Assembly (NCBI GenBank): GCA_030141605.1
Contig: JAQGDQ010001019.1
Span: forward strand, 5,966-69,965
DNA length: 64,000 nt
Direction: 5' to 3'
Source of the DNA: Tubiluchus corallicola
Taxonomy: Eukaryota > Animalia > Priapulida
Below are positions 31,942 through 46,398 of the stretch, in pieces; the stretch's first letter is position 1; each line of letters starts with the position of its first letter. The notes beneath the pieces were generated by a model that did not search any database, was not told the DNA's origin, and worked only from the letters and a program-made list of their open reading frames with translations. The translations under genes were made by a program, and so were the position numbers.

Positions 31942-32472
31942 CAGTCCAGCGAGGTCGAGTACCTCCATCAGTGTCCGGGCCGTTTCCCGGGCAGTTGGCT
32001 CTGACCAATGGCGAGCTACTCAATGGACACTCTTACATGTCGAGTTACATATCTTTGTTGCTGCGTGCAGAACCTTACGCCACTGACCGCTATGGACAAT
32101 GCATGCAGTCGAATGGCATTATGGGTATAGACAACATTTGCGAACTTGCCGCCAGGTTGTTGTTTAGTGCTGTTGAGTGGGCCAGAAGTATACCCTTCTT
32201 CCCAGACTTACAAATCACCGACCAGGTGGCGTTGTTACGATTAGTGTGGAGCGAACTGTTCGTTTTGAATGCCTCCCAGTGTTCCATGCCACTCCACGTC
32301 GCTCCACTTTTAGCTGCTGCCGGCCTCCACACGTCGCCGATGGCTGCAGATCGAGTTGTCGCCTTCATGGATCACATCCGGATTTTTCAGGAGCAGGTGG
32401 AGAAGTTGAAGGCGCTCCACGTGGATTCTGCTGAATACAGCTGCCTTAAAGCAATTGTCTTATTTACCACAG
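31942..32472 (+). CDS. NR2F: COUP-TF/seven-up coding exon 2 (hinge and N-terminal part of LBD)
   Basis: Acceptor ttctttttag|CA restores MRRE-A-VQRGR; encodes [78 protein letters not shown]; phase-1 donor ACAG|gtaag. Confidence 0.97.
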
Positions 32473-33759
32473 GTAAGATTTTGGTTGTTTTAAATCAATC
32501 ATCCGTGATTCCTGCATTTCTGGCACATTGATCTCAACTGTGAAAAATTAGAATTAATGTATTATGTCCAATAACAATTAACTTAATTCCTAATGGGATG
32601 AAGAAGCTGAGAAGATGCTAAAAAACTAGTCTCTGCCTAGACGTGAACCAGAAACCCTACGATTTTAATTCCTGGTCTACCAGGAGGATCTACACTGAGG
32701 AGCATATCTACTCACCTGGATGGCTCTCGAATTCAACTCCCGACAGGCTAACTATTTTCGTACCACGATTTATTACCTCATAGAGAAAAATAAAAATTCA
32801 CAGCTGGAAAAAATAATTTGAAAAAATGTTTTTTCGATTCAATCAGCATCAAAAGCTTCATGAAATTGAGTGATCTTGATGCTAAACGGTGAAGAAAATA
32901 CTGGGATTGATTCGAAATTGTTGAAATTGCTAGAGATCTTAGGGCAGTGTGGATGGTCACACCTGCTTGCGGCTACTTTACTTTGATGGGATTTGATTGA
33001 CTTCCTTTGATTTGATTCAGTTTTAATTTCTTTTTGCTTTTAACAGTTAAATTCTACTTTATTTCGTTTTGTTTACCTCAATCTATATAACAACTCTCTG
33101 GCTACTGACGCTTAAAATTGTTGTCTAACCTTTGCAACTGAAATTGCTCGGCGATGTTGAGTCCAAGTATCTTCAGTTTATTTTGCTTCTCAATTTGCAT
33201 CGATTCAATTCCACTCGATTTTTTTGTTTTGATTTTACAGACATTTTGAAAGGACTTGATTGAAATCATTAGAAATCATTGGAAAAAATTGAAATGATTA
33301 ACTTTTGTTTTACTCCTAATTTTCATTTAATTTTTCTAATATTCTTTTGTTAGGATAAAATTTTTTAATATTTCAGCTGCTTTAGGTTATATTTTTAACA
33401 TATGTTGCAAAGGTTCCCGAATTTATAATTGTGTATAAGTCTAAAGATAAGTATAATTTTTAGTCAAAAAATCAAAAATTTTTACGTAAAAAATCAAACT
33501 TTCCACACAAAAAAAATCAAAAATTTTTAGGAAAAAAATAAAATGTTTACACAAAAATTGAAAATTTTTACAAAAAAAAATCAATTTTATACAAAAAAAT
33601 CAAAATTTTAGCACAATGAATGCACAATGAATGAAAACAAAACAAAACAAGCAAATTTTACTTAAAATACTAAAACAATTCTTACGATTCTTACTAATTT
33701 CGTAACAACCAATCAAGATAAAAATTTTATTGAATATATCCCAGAGAAGCCAAGTCAAG

Positions 33760-34425
33760 AAAAGTCAAGAAAAGGGGTACCTGAAGTAGGTTTCAGAAAA
33801 ATTGCCTTAAAAAATTATTTTACTTTATAGCAATCTGATGCATATATCCTACTCGCGTTGAAAGGATTTTTTGTTTGTTTTCATTTTAAATCTCCCGCAA
33901 TACTGTTCCGACGGCACCATTACATGACGTCACTAAAATACATAAATCAGGGGAAGAAAAGGCAATGTTAAATTATGGCCCAAAAAACTTTCCGTGCAAA
34001 TCTATATTACTTAGCATTTCACTTAGACTTCGGTAACTAGAAATAATAATTTAAAATGTTTGTGCTTATCGGTAAAATGTCGCTGACTCACCCTCCAGGG
34101 TGCGCCACTCACTAACCAAAAACGTATTTTTAATCTTATTGACAAGTAACAGTAATTTAAATTTTTCTCAATTAGCTACATGTATGCTACGAATGCGCTG
34201 ATTATTTTTTAAAACTTTACTTAATGTTATCAAAACTTGTTTCAAACGACCTACCATTAAAATGGCTGCGCCTAACGGTCATCGCGGGAGCTTAAATTTA
34301 CACGTTTTATACAGCGTTGCTTTTGATGCAAGCCATGCATATGAAAAGGTAGTATGTAATTGGTATAAAATTTCGAGACGAATTTTTTAAACTTTATGTA
34401 AGTGGAGGATTTTCTTGTACTTTAA
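33760..34425 (+). mobile_element. Family B TTAA-flanked MITE (~660 bp)
   Basis: Left end CAAGAAAAGGGGTACCTGAAGTAGG, right end TTTTCTTGTACT|TTAA. Inverted copy at 36560-37231; partial copies at ~7400-7800, 37740-38208, 40865-41000 and 54500-54850. Confidence 0.8.
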
Positions 34426-35916
34426 CCGCGTAATTTTGAACTACCCAAAATTCTTTTAAATGAAATAATAATAAGAATACAAATTTTCCATTCACACTGG
34501 GTGAATTTTTTGTTTTTTCAAATAAATCTTTGCACTACTAAATATGTAGCCCTAGCCTTAATAAACCGCAAACTAGAACTGCAAAATCTGTGAACAGAAA
34601 TTAACTCTTTCCCTAACAAAGTGCAACACTGAATACACAGAATACAACCTGCTGTTTTCCATGGCTCCTTTTTATAAGCAACGCGTCTAGTAATACGGTC
34701 CCTTAGAGATTTAAATTAAAACCCGATCCCTAACATCTGTCCTACCGTATAGCCTGATCACAGCTCAGCACTTCAGAAGCTTACATTTGATACGAGTCTG
34801 ACTTCATTATGCTACTCTGTAACTTATTTAAAGGAAACGACAACTCATTTAAAGGAAAACTGGATGATTGTTTAGACTCGAACTTGTTTTAATTTACTGT
34901 CCAAAATATACATTTTCTTGCCTATAAAAGTTAGCAATTGTTTCTCATATTCGAAAAATTAGCTTAGGAAGTTAATTAACGGCAACCGAACACAGCTATT
35001 GCTTACGTCAGAAACTAACCACAGTTTCTGCAATGGCAGACATCTTCCCTTGCGCATCAAGCGCGTTTGGATAAGTGTTACAGCTTAAACGCGTGATGTC
35101 ACAAAAATGGGCTCAACGTTATATGAGGTCAGAAACTAACACTGCAGTTCATGATCATGGTTATCACGGTACCGCCTTCTGTACGTCGGCCACGCGAATG
35201 TGACAAAAAGGCGCCGTTGCCAGTCTTAGTAGATTCACTGAGCCGCGCGTAGCTTCGAAAGTTTAACAAAATTTGAGTATCCGAGGTAATTATTATTTAA
35301 TCTAAGCTTTCATTCAAAAAAAGCTTTGTAGTTTTCAATATCTTGGAGCATTCTTCATTATGTTGGATTTATTTTCTTACTTTCACATAAACGTAGAAAA
35401 ATATAGCGAAGAAATTTGCAAAAAAATTGTCTATACAGCATAAAGTTGATTTATACTAACGCTGTACAAAATTTTTCCAACCCGCTTGTCGTTCACAAGA
35501 AATTTATGACGTAATTGGTGGATTTCTGATAATGGATGCCAAACCTATTAAAATTTTACTCTATTCACTGTTTGACTTTTCTGGTTATAATCTCTCCCGT
35601 TTTTTTCTAATGGTTTTTCTTCATCTTTCGTCCACTTTTTCTTCGTTCTTGTTATCACCATCTTCCGTGTGGGGCAGTAAAACACCACTAAAGATAAGTC
35701 GTTGCTAAAAGAATTTGGCTATTAAAATTATGAAAATACTTGGTGGTAAGCTCAGTAGAACACTTGGCCACCCAGCCTCCAACGATGTGCTTTATATGCC
35801 TATAAATTTTACCAAGTTTATCTCCAGTGCAAATTTTTATAACTTTCATATAATGCGCTGCGCGATTTTTACATAAAATCTCAGCAATCGCAGCCCTCTA
35901 GGTCTTTTTAAGAGTG

Positions 35917-36526
35917 TTAAAGGAGAAGAAAAGGGGCACCTGAAGCAGGTTTAAAAGACAAGATATTGGGTATCTGAAGTAGGTTTAAAGGACAAGAAAA
36001 GGGGTTCCTGAAGTAGGTCTAAAAGACACGATAAGGGGGTATCTGAAGTAAGTTTAAAGGACAAGAAAAGGGAGACCTGAAGTAGGTTTAAAAGACAAGA
36101 AAAGCGGGCACATGAAATAGGTTTAAAGGACAAAAAAGGGAGACCTGAAGTAGGTTTAAAGGACAAGAAAAGCGGGCACATGAAATAGGTTTAAAAGACT
36201 AGAAAAGGGGTATCTGAAGTAGGTTTAAATGACAAGAAAAAGGGGTATCTGAAGTAGGTTTAAAGGACAAGAAAAGAGGATACCTGAAGTAGGTTTAAAA
36301 GACAAGATAAGGGGGTGTCTGAAGTAGGTTTAAAGGACAAGAAAAGGGGCATCTGAAGTAGGTTTAAAAGACAAGGAAGTAGCTGAAGTAGGTTTAAAGG
36401 ACAAAAAAGGGAGACCTGAAGTAGGTTTAAAGGACAAGAAAAGAGGGCACATGAAATAGGTTTAAAAGACTAGAAAAGGGGTATCTGAAGTAGGTTTAAA
36501 AGACACGATAAGGGGGTATCTGAAGT
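35917..36526 (+). repeat. ~34-bp minisatellite, 18 copies, matching the family B MITE terminus
   Basis: Unit TTAAARGACAAGAAAAGGGGTAYCTGAAGTAGGT, counted 18 times. Confidence 0.92.
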
Positions 36527-36559
36527 TATATTACTTTGCACACACATCACACCACACAT

Positions 36560-37231
36560 CACAAGAATACCTTCCACAAATATAAAGCCTAAGAAATTCG
36601 TCTTGAAATTTTATATCACTTACAAACTGCCCTTTTGCATACAGCACTTGCGTCGGCATTAACGTATGAAACATGTAACTTTAAACTCCCGCGATGACCG
36701 TTAAACGCAACCATTTTAATGGTAGGTTATTTGAAACAAGTTTAGATAACATTGTGTAAAGTTTGAAAAATAATCAAAGTAATCATAGCGCTCACGTTGC
36801 TAACTAAGTAAAATTTTAAATTACTGTATCTTGTTAATAAGATTAAAATACGTTTATGGTTAGTGAGTGGTGCACCCTGGAGGGTGAGTCAGCGACATTT
36901 TACCAATTACTGAAGAATTTTCAAATAATTAATAACTTTCTTCTCTAGTTACATAAGTCTTTCCAGGAGGTAAGCAAAAAGCTAAGTAATATGAATTTGC
37001 ACGGAAAGTTTTCAGGGACATAATTTAACATTTCCTGTTCTTCCCTTGGTTTAAGTTGTGCGTATATGACGTCATGTAATGGCGCCGTCGGAACAGTATT
37101 GCGAGAGATTCAAAATGAAAACGAACAAAAATTTCTTTAAATACTAGTACGATATATGCATAAAATTCCTATAAGGTAGTATATTTTTTTAAGGTGAACC
37201 TAAAACAGGTACCTCTTTTCTTCTCTTTCAA
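36560..37231 (-). mobile_element. Family B MITE, inverted copy
   Basis: Reverse complement of 33760-34420, e.g. CCCTGGAGGGTGAGTCAGCGACATTTTACC and GCCGTCGGAACAGTATTGCG. Confidence 0.85.
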
Positions 37232-38374
37232 GCATGCGTTAAATTATCTGACACCATAGATCTAAAAAAAGACAGTCATAGTGAAAATTCTGCAATGTTC
37301 CTGAGACCCATTTTTATTAAAATATTATCTGCAACTCGCATCTGCGCATTTGATCAGATTCTTGCGCATGCGCATATGATTTCTCCTTTATTTCTCGGCT
37401 TATTTAACTTGCAGATTATGTAAACTTGCCCGCTGTACAAGCTGTGATAAAGCTTCCTTATTGATAACTCTCAACAATTTGTATTCATACGCTTCAAGCC
37501 AGAGCCCCTTAACCCTTTCTCCTACAAGAGCTTGTCTTTGAATACTCTGCAGTGGTATGATGCCGTCGTTGTATATGAAGGGCTTTATGAAACGGACAGA
37601 GCTGTCTGGACACCCCCTGCTTTGTCCTCATAATTCAAAAACATCGCCTCTATGCAGAGCTAGGTAAAGTCGCAGTTCCAGTTTGGTGTAAGGTTCTATC
37701 GGACCTCTTATCTGTGGAATTCGGTAGCAGAAAATTGTTCAGAGGAAGGGGGAAGAAAAGGCAATTATAAAGTATCTCCCGAAAAACTTTCGAGACAAAG
37801 TTATGCTAGTTAGCCGTATGCTTACATGTTTGAAAGACTTACGTAATTGTAAAAGAGAATTCTTAATAACTTAAAATATTCGTGCCACCTGGTAAGAACT
37901 TCCTTCCCAGCATGCATCACTGATTCACCAATTTGTGACTAACTTTATTGACAATATAATGTAATTTAAACTTCTGACTAGTTAGCAAAGAGTGCTGTCA
38001 TTGCTTTTAAACTTCACTTAATGTTATCAAAGCTTGTTAGAAACGACCCACCGTCAAAATGGCTGCACCTAGCGGTCATCGCAGGATTTAAATTTTACAA
38101 GTTTCATACAGCCTTACTACAAAAATAGGCCCTGTATACAATAAGACAGTATGTAACTGACATAAAATTAAACGCCTTTCTAATAAGGAGTGCATTCATG
38201 TGCTTTAAACTTCACCGTATTCAAGGCATACGTGTTTGCACAAAAATATTAATTAAAATAAATTTAACAAAAGATTTTCAAGCTGTGACTAGTTAGAATT
38301 AATAGAGCCCATAAATAAATAATAGTTAATCTCACAGCTAATTAAATGAAAGTGAAAAAACACAGTGAAAAATC

Positions 38375-38442
38375 ATAGTCAACTAGGATTTGAACCCAGA
38401 ACCTTGTGATTGCAAGTTACAAGCTCTTCCACTTCAGCTATT
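38375..38442 (-). pseudogene. tRNA-derived SINE-like head
   Basis: Minus strand TAGCTGAAGTGGAAGAGC...GGTTCTGGGTTCAAATCCTAGTTGAC has A and B boxes but imperfect stems. Confidence 0.6.
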
Positions 38443-38889
38443 TTCACAATGGCTATTCCATTAGATGTACGTTATTAATTCTGGCTGAGCACAATTTGAA
38501 AAATTATTGTTGAGTTAAGGTCAGTCAATTTGACTAGTAAAAGTTAATTTATATTTTTGAATTTTTAAAATTAATGTAAAGGAAAATTTTTTTGTATAGA
38601 ACCAAAAGACAAGACCTGCTATAACATTTTAACACTATTAAACTCGTGTTCCAGATTAATATATAAGACTTTTACAACATTACGTACAAGTAAAATTAAT
38701 TTTAAATGGTTGGACCTTTGCTAATTAAAGATCTTTATTCAACTAAGTCAACTAACTTTTAAGAAATTTCAGTCTTTTTGCACCCTATAAGACAGCTTTC
38801 CCAGGAAAACAACTTTTTTGTATTTGTCAATCTGTTTCTTTAAGAATATTTTTCCAGGAACAATTTTTCTCGTTTTCTCTTGTTTTGTA

Positions 38890-39075
38890 GTTGACATTTT
38901 GTCCCGAAAAATAGCTTTTCATGTCTTCCCTTACTTTCTAGTTAACAATTTGTTCTTAAATTTGTTTTTAGCGTTTTCCCTTGCTTTTCAGTTGACAATT
39001 TGTCGTGCAAAATTGTTTTCCATGTTTTCCTTGCTTTCTCGTTGACATTTTGTCCCGAAAAATTGTTTTTCACAT
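38890..39075. repeat. ~50-bp degenerate tandem repeat, ~4 copies
   Basis: GTTRACAWTTTGT starts at ~38890, 38941, 38991 and 39041. Confidence 0.75.
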
Positions 39076-39635
39076 ACTCCCGTCGCTCTTCGACCCAACT
39101 CTTGTAGACCTGTCGCTCGATTGCTACTGATCTTTCAAACATGAACCCTCGTCAAACTTTCATCAGATGCATGCTAATGGGAGCTTTCCTGACTGCGCGT
39201 TTGATGACAGGAGCAGATGGCGATGAGGAAGACGCTGAGCCGATGCTGGGAAAAGGGTTAAAGCATCGTAAAGCCGATTACCGTGTTTTTGAGCGAGTAT
39301 CTTGGGTCGCCGGGGGAGGTTGGCTGCTGTAGAGGAGAGAGTACTACCATTTAGAGTGGCGCTTTGCAGGATTCATTGACTAACGTCAAAACCGCGGCAC
39401 TTCTAGTCAAACGCTGAGGCAGTGTTGCCGGGTGGGAGAAGTGAAATTCAATGGTGCTGAAACAGTGTTGCCGGTTGAAAACTTACTGTTAGTATTAGTG
39501 AATTTTATTATGGTATTATTATTGTAAGTTAATAATAGTGCTAATGATAATGATAATGACAATGATAGTGGTAGTGATAGTGATGATGATAAAGATGATA
39601 TTCGGGACGATAACAATAACAATAACAACAATAAC

Positions 39636-39708
<73 letters not shown>

Positions 39709-39737
39709 GTAACAATAATAATAATTTAAATAATAGT

Positions 39738-39771
<34 letters not shown>

Positions 39772-41034
39772 GTATTTATTGCATCTGTAATACAACAGCA
39801 GAAACTACACACTATCAATAAGTTATACAACAATTTCGAAACATTTAACTCTTGTTAACAATAGTGTTAATAAGTATGATAAAAACAAAGTGAGATCTAC
39901 GGATGAATTATACACTAGCTACTGCTTTAGTATTAGTAAAGTACATATATTTACCTAATTAGTAAACAAAGGGTGAGCGAAATTACTGAATAATGATACA
40001 TTCTGCAATTCTAGGAGGGGGAGGGGGTGTTGAAATCATCAAAATGATCAAATTTGCACATAACTCGTTTCACTATTATATCGAATATGATTCCATTAGT
40101 TTCCATGTTAGAAAAAGTGTTATGTTCATCGTATAGTGGCGTAATTTAGTAATATAAATACCAAACACTAGTTTTTCTACAAAACCTATTACAAGTCTAG
40201 CAAATATACATGATGGTATCTTATGGTACCTGATCCAAGCACACATAAGCATAGATAGTGGAGTACTTTCGTAAAATTATTACTTTTGGAAAAATTAGAC
40301 TCTGAAACGAAGTGCTTTAACATGTGTTGATTAGCAAATTAGCGATAAGAATTCGACTTAATCGACTTATTAACACGTAGTATTACGTCACGTGAACGCT
40401 TTTGTCGCCATCGTCAACAACAAACGGTTTTGTAGCTTATTGATCATTAGGTGTATTAATCAAAACCTGAATTTATTAATATAGTTCATAGTAAGAGCGC
40501 ATGCTATCATTTCACATATATATATATTCACATTTTTGCTAAGATAGAATTATAAACCACGAATGCTTTCATATTATATAATTAGCTTTCTTACATTAAT
40601 TACCATCTTAAGATGGTATACAAAATTTGTCATAAGACGGTGGGTTTAAATTTTGACGTTTTTTCGTTATTCTGCAACCAATTTATTTCCTGCTCACAAA
40701 ATCCACAAAAAGTTAAATTCTAAATTTCTCGAACTTAAATGGCAGACGAACCTAAAAAAGAAGGTAGCATAAAATGACCAATGGACAACAGGTGACGGGT
40801 TAGAACACTTTAAACAAATGGACAGAAAGCCACCAAGAAACACCTGCAGTAAGACACCAGATAAGAAATTGCTGGGTCAATTATATAAAAGTACAAGTAA
40901 ACACTTTTCATAAATAAAGCACAAAAATTCGTCTTGAAATCTTGTGTCACTTACATGCTGTCTTATTTAATACAGGACTTGTGTTAACAGTAACGCTGTA
41001 AATTTAAACAGATTCTTAGCGTAAGTCGTTTGAA

Positions 41035-41463
41035 ATTTCGGAAACGCATTGCGCTAAAACAGGAGCTGTACCTCTCAATTCAGATGTGTTAGTGAGTGAC
41101 AAACTAGACACGTTCGACAGCTCATGCGTGAGCACAGCGGTAAATTTGAAATTTGAGTTTTTATCTTAAAACATGCCTAGTTTTAGTATGCCACACTGAA
41201 TATCTTACAGTAGCACTGTACTTCAATTTTAACTTTCAAAAAAACACGAGCAACACGCTCGCAGAATATTTTTGATGTTGAAAATTATGTTGGTTTATGA
41301 TGTCATCAACAGTTGGGCTCGCCTACCTTTATATAAGTTTTCAATCTGTTATCTAATTATCTAATTAGAAACGCTTTTGCAGTATTTTTGGTGTTAAAAT
41401 GTATACTTTTTATCCGACTTGAACATGGGGTAGTGCATGAAAAACCATCCAGTCTTCCTTTAA
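41035..41463 (-). mobile_element. Family A MITE, inverted copy
   Basis: Ends GTCTTCCT|TTAA on +; reverse complement of 14457-14880. Confidence 0.85.
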
Positions 41464-42103
41464 GCCTTTCATAAGTGTTTGGCTTGTGTGTAAATTACTC
41501 TAATGGCTGTCAAGAAAATGTATAATTACGTACGCCACAATAAGACGAGAAACGACATACGTGCAATAACACGCGCGTTTAATTATGCATAGCCCTGCTA
41601 TTCTACATAAAAACCTATTTAATTTAACTGATCGTGGCGTATCAAAACAACAGGGGCGTTTCTAGAGCGGGGAGCTCTAGAATTCCTCATAATTACCTTA
41701 CATCCTCACTTCAAGACGGTAGCAAACTTTCTTACATCTCTCATGCGCGTCTTGCATCAAAATTGTGCAAATATCACGTGACACGTGACGCCTTTTATGG
41801 AATTAAAAATTACAAGTTGCGTCTAAGATTTTTGTTTTGTTTTTAGCGACGCCATTATAATAAATCTAGCGTGAATGTTATTTTATATTGCATATTACTC
41901 CTGGCGTGTAAAGGTCGTGCAAAAAGCAAGAATTCATGCAGACCGTATGATCGCCTTTCACCTGTGGGATTTCACTGGTAATGAGTTTCATAACTGCTTC
42001 ACTTGTTTATAAAAGAGGCAATTTACTCTGGCAACGTTCAGCTTTCTAAATTAAATATCCATCGTATTTCAAGGTATTGCTTTCTTACACGAAAGTACTT
42101 AGC

Positions 42104-42518
42104 AGTTTGATAAATTAAATGAAATACTTCTGCCTGAGAACCTTAATATAGCTTCCTTAGGAACTAATGATCTGTTGAAGTTGTTATTATTCGGAAAAAA
42201 TGAATTTAACTATGTTGCTAACTGTAAAATATTTCAATGCATACATAACTTTATATTACGTACTAAACGCTTCCAGTAGGGTCTATCTGATATGAAATGC
42301 ATCAGTCTTAAATATTCGTACATTAATATTTTCTAACCGTCATTTTCTACTAATGTCTAATGTAATCTTGTAGTAAAACTTGTCAGCTTGTGTAGTTATA
42401 GTCTATTCTTACTGCAAATGTTTTTGTAAATAGTGTATAAAGACTGTTGTGGTGAGGATCCTAAATCATGTTGTTCAAACTGTCTGATCCAATCCTATAA
42501 TAAATTATGTATAAACTA
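42104..42518 (+). mobile_element. CR1/L2-group LINE 3' end, second copy
   Basis: Close reverse complement of 8735-9150; a third ~47-bp fragment is at ~54000-54046. Confidence 0.85.
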
Positions 42519-43982
42519 AGACACGTAACATTTTGTAATTTAACAGTTAGATTATTTATACCGGGTGTTTCGTACGATATTTTCTCTGCAATTAATCGCC
42601 CGTTTGTTTTGGGACAAAATCTTGCTCAGTAACTGTGAATTCTCTTGGAGTCCCGGACCAAGTTTTATGCTTTTCTTTCCCTGCTGAGGTGACAGTAGAT
42701 CTCTGTACGAATACTATAAGAGCTCGGTAGTAAAGAGATGTTGGAAAAACTCATGAAGCCATGTTTGAGGCCCCATGAATTGCAAAACCACCAACCGAAT
42801 TGCCATTTCATTCCTCTGATGGCCTAACTGCTGTTTTAATATTTTTTAAAAGTAAATTTTTTTGAAGCGCCCTCTACCTTTAAAACGTGAGCCGTTTACA
42901 GAAGTTATAAACTTTTGCATTTTAAATTTTGACGTTAAATTATTTAATAATAATTATTTAGTTAACAAAATAAACCCACTTCTTAACAAGTACAAAATCG
43001 TTTTGTCAAACTTGATCTTTAGTCACTGCTTCTATGTGGAATTCACGAGATTTTTTCATTTTGCTATATTTTATGTTCATGTTCTGGACGTTTCTAGACG
43101 CAGCATATAGTCGCTTGCAAATCCAATCTTTCCCCGGGCTTCTTATCTGCGGAACTCTTCATTAAACTAATTTTTATTAAGAAACAACACCTGTTTTGTG
43201 AAAAAGAAGAGATACTTCTTATGGAAGCTGAGATCAGCATGCAAATTTGCATCTTCCCCTGTAACCTATTATCTTGTGTGACCACTGTCGTTTCTTGGGA
43301 CGATTTAGATAGAAAAAGCTGCAAAAGTTACACAGTAGAATTCTGCGCTTCCTCACGACCATTGGGGACAAAATTCTGAGCTCCACTAACGCCCCCACAC
43401 GACGGTCAGCTATGCTACTGTATTATATAACTCTTTGACGCCCAATCTCAAACGCTTGTGAAGCAAACCTATTCAAACCCGCCATCAATTCTTCATTAAA
43501 ATGCATGCAAATTAGCTGTCACGTGACCTTATGCGCATATTTAATGAGCTATAGTACGCGAGCGTGCAGACTGTACTCGTTTCAGTGTTGTTCTTTGCAA
43601 GAGTATCTTATTTACATAGCTGTTAACGCGGGGGGGGGGCACGGAGATGAAATTAATCGGCAAAAATGCATTTATTTTTGAAAGCAATGCAAATAATTAC
43701 ATCAGTGAGTGAACTTAGTCTAAACTGCTGTTAACGAGATTTTATTTAAATTCGTGTTGCAAAAAGAACAATCTCGCCCTTAGACCGCAAAAATGGACAA
43801 AAGAAACGCATTATGGGGCGTTGGGGTAGAAATACTGCTGTACCTGCTGTTAATGCCTGAAATATACTGATCAAAATATTATTTTTAAAATTCAAAAATC
43901 AAAAATTTCATTTTATTTCGAAAATACGTCGAGATACTTGCAGGCTGAGTATGAAAATATTTTTTATTAAAGTAACTGCCGT

Positions 43983-45685
<1,703 letters not shown>

Positions 45686-45834
45686 ATCTTGTAATTATAT
45701 ATGAATATATGACTGATTTCATACTAGAATTGCAGAATGAAAATTCAAGGGTCCCACTGCCTAGTGGCACTACGTTTTCATTATAATTAGTTTATCCTTC
45801 ACTGTTATAATTTTCATAGCGTTGTATGTAATTA

Positions 45835-46398
45835 TGTAATACACTGTTTATGTAGGAACATTTACAAAATTTATTTCTATTCATAAGTTAATTTATGTAT
45901 TTATACAAGTTACTTATATATATGTTAATTTAATCAGGTATTTATTTGTTTGTGTGACAGTGTTTACGTTAATTTAATCATATAATTACATGTTAATTTA
46001 TTCAGTTAACGTGTTACGGAGTTTACGTTAATTTAATCATTTAATAATGTTCTAATTTACCCAGTTAATGTGTTGCGGTGTTTACGTTAAATTGATCATT
46101 TAATCATATGCTAATTTATTCAGTTAATGTGTTACAGTGTTTAAGTTAATTTAGTCATTTAATCATATGTTAATTTGCTAATCTATTGCACAAACTACTC
46201 TGTACCTTACACATATGCCCAAAATTAATAAATTAACAAATATACATATTATGATTAAATTGTGAAATTAACGTAAGTAATTAACGCATTAACACCTATA
46301 AATAGCTAAAAAAATTAACATGTATAAATAACTTACACAAATAGACCAATTAACATATGAAAAAAATAAATCTTGTAAATTATGTAAACAGTTACATA
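45835..46398. mobile_element. Foldback element with internal ~58-bp tandem repeats
   Basis: ATTTACAAAATTTATTTCTATTCATAAGTTAATT...ATGTTAATTT (45860-45930) pairs with 46312-46380; internal GTTTACGTTAATTTAATCAT repeats occur ~4 times. Confidence 0.7.

Noticed and set aside
39163-39180. cagATGCATGC as the start of COUP-TF exon 3 (DAC..)
   Set aside because: The next codon is a stop and no downstream LBD similarity follows.
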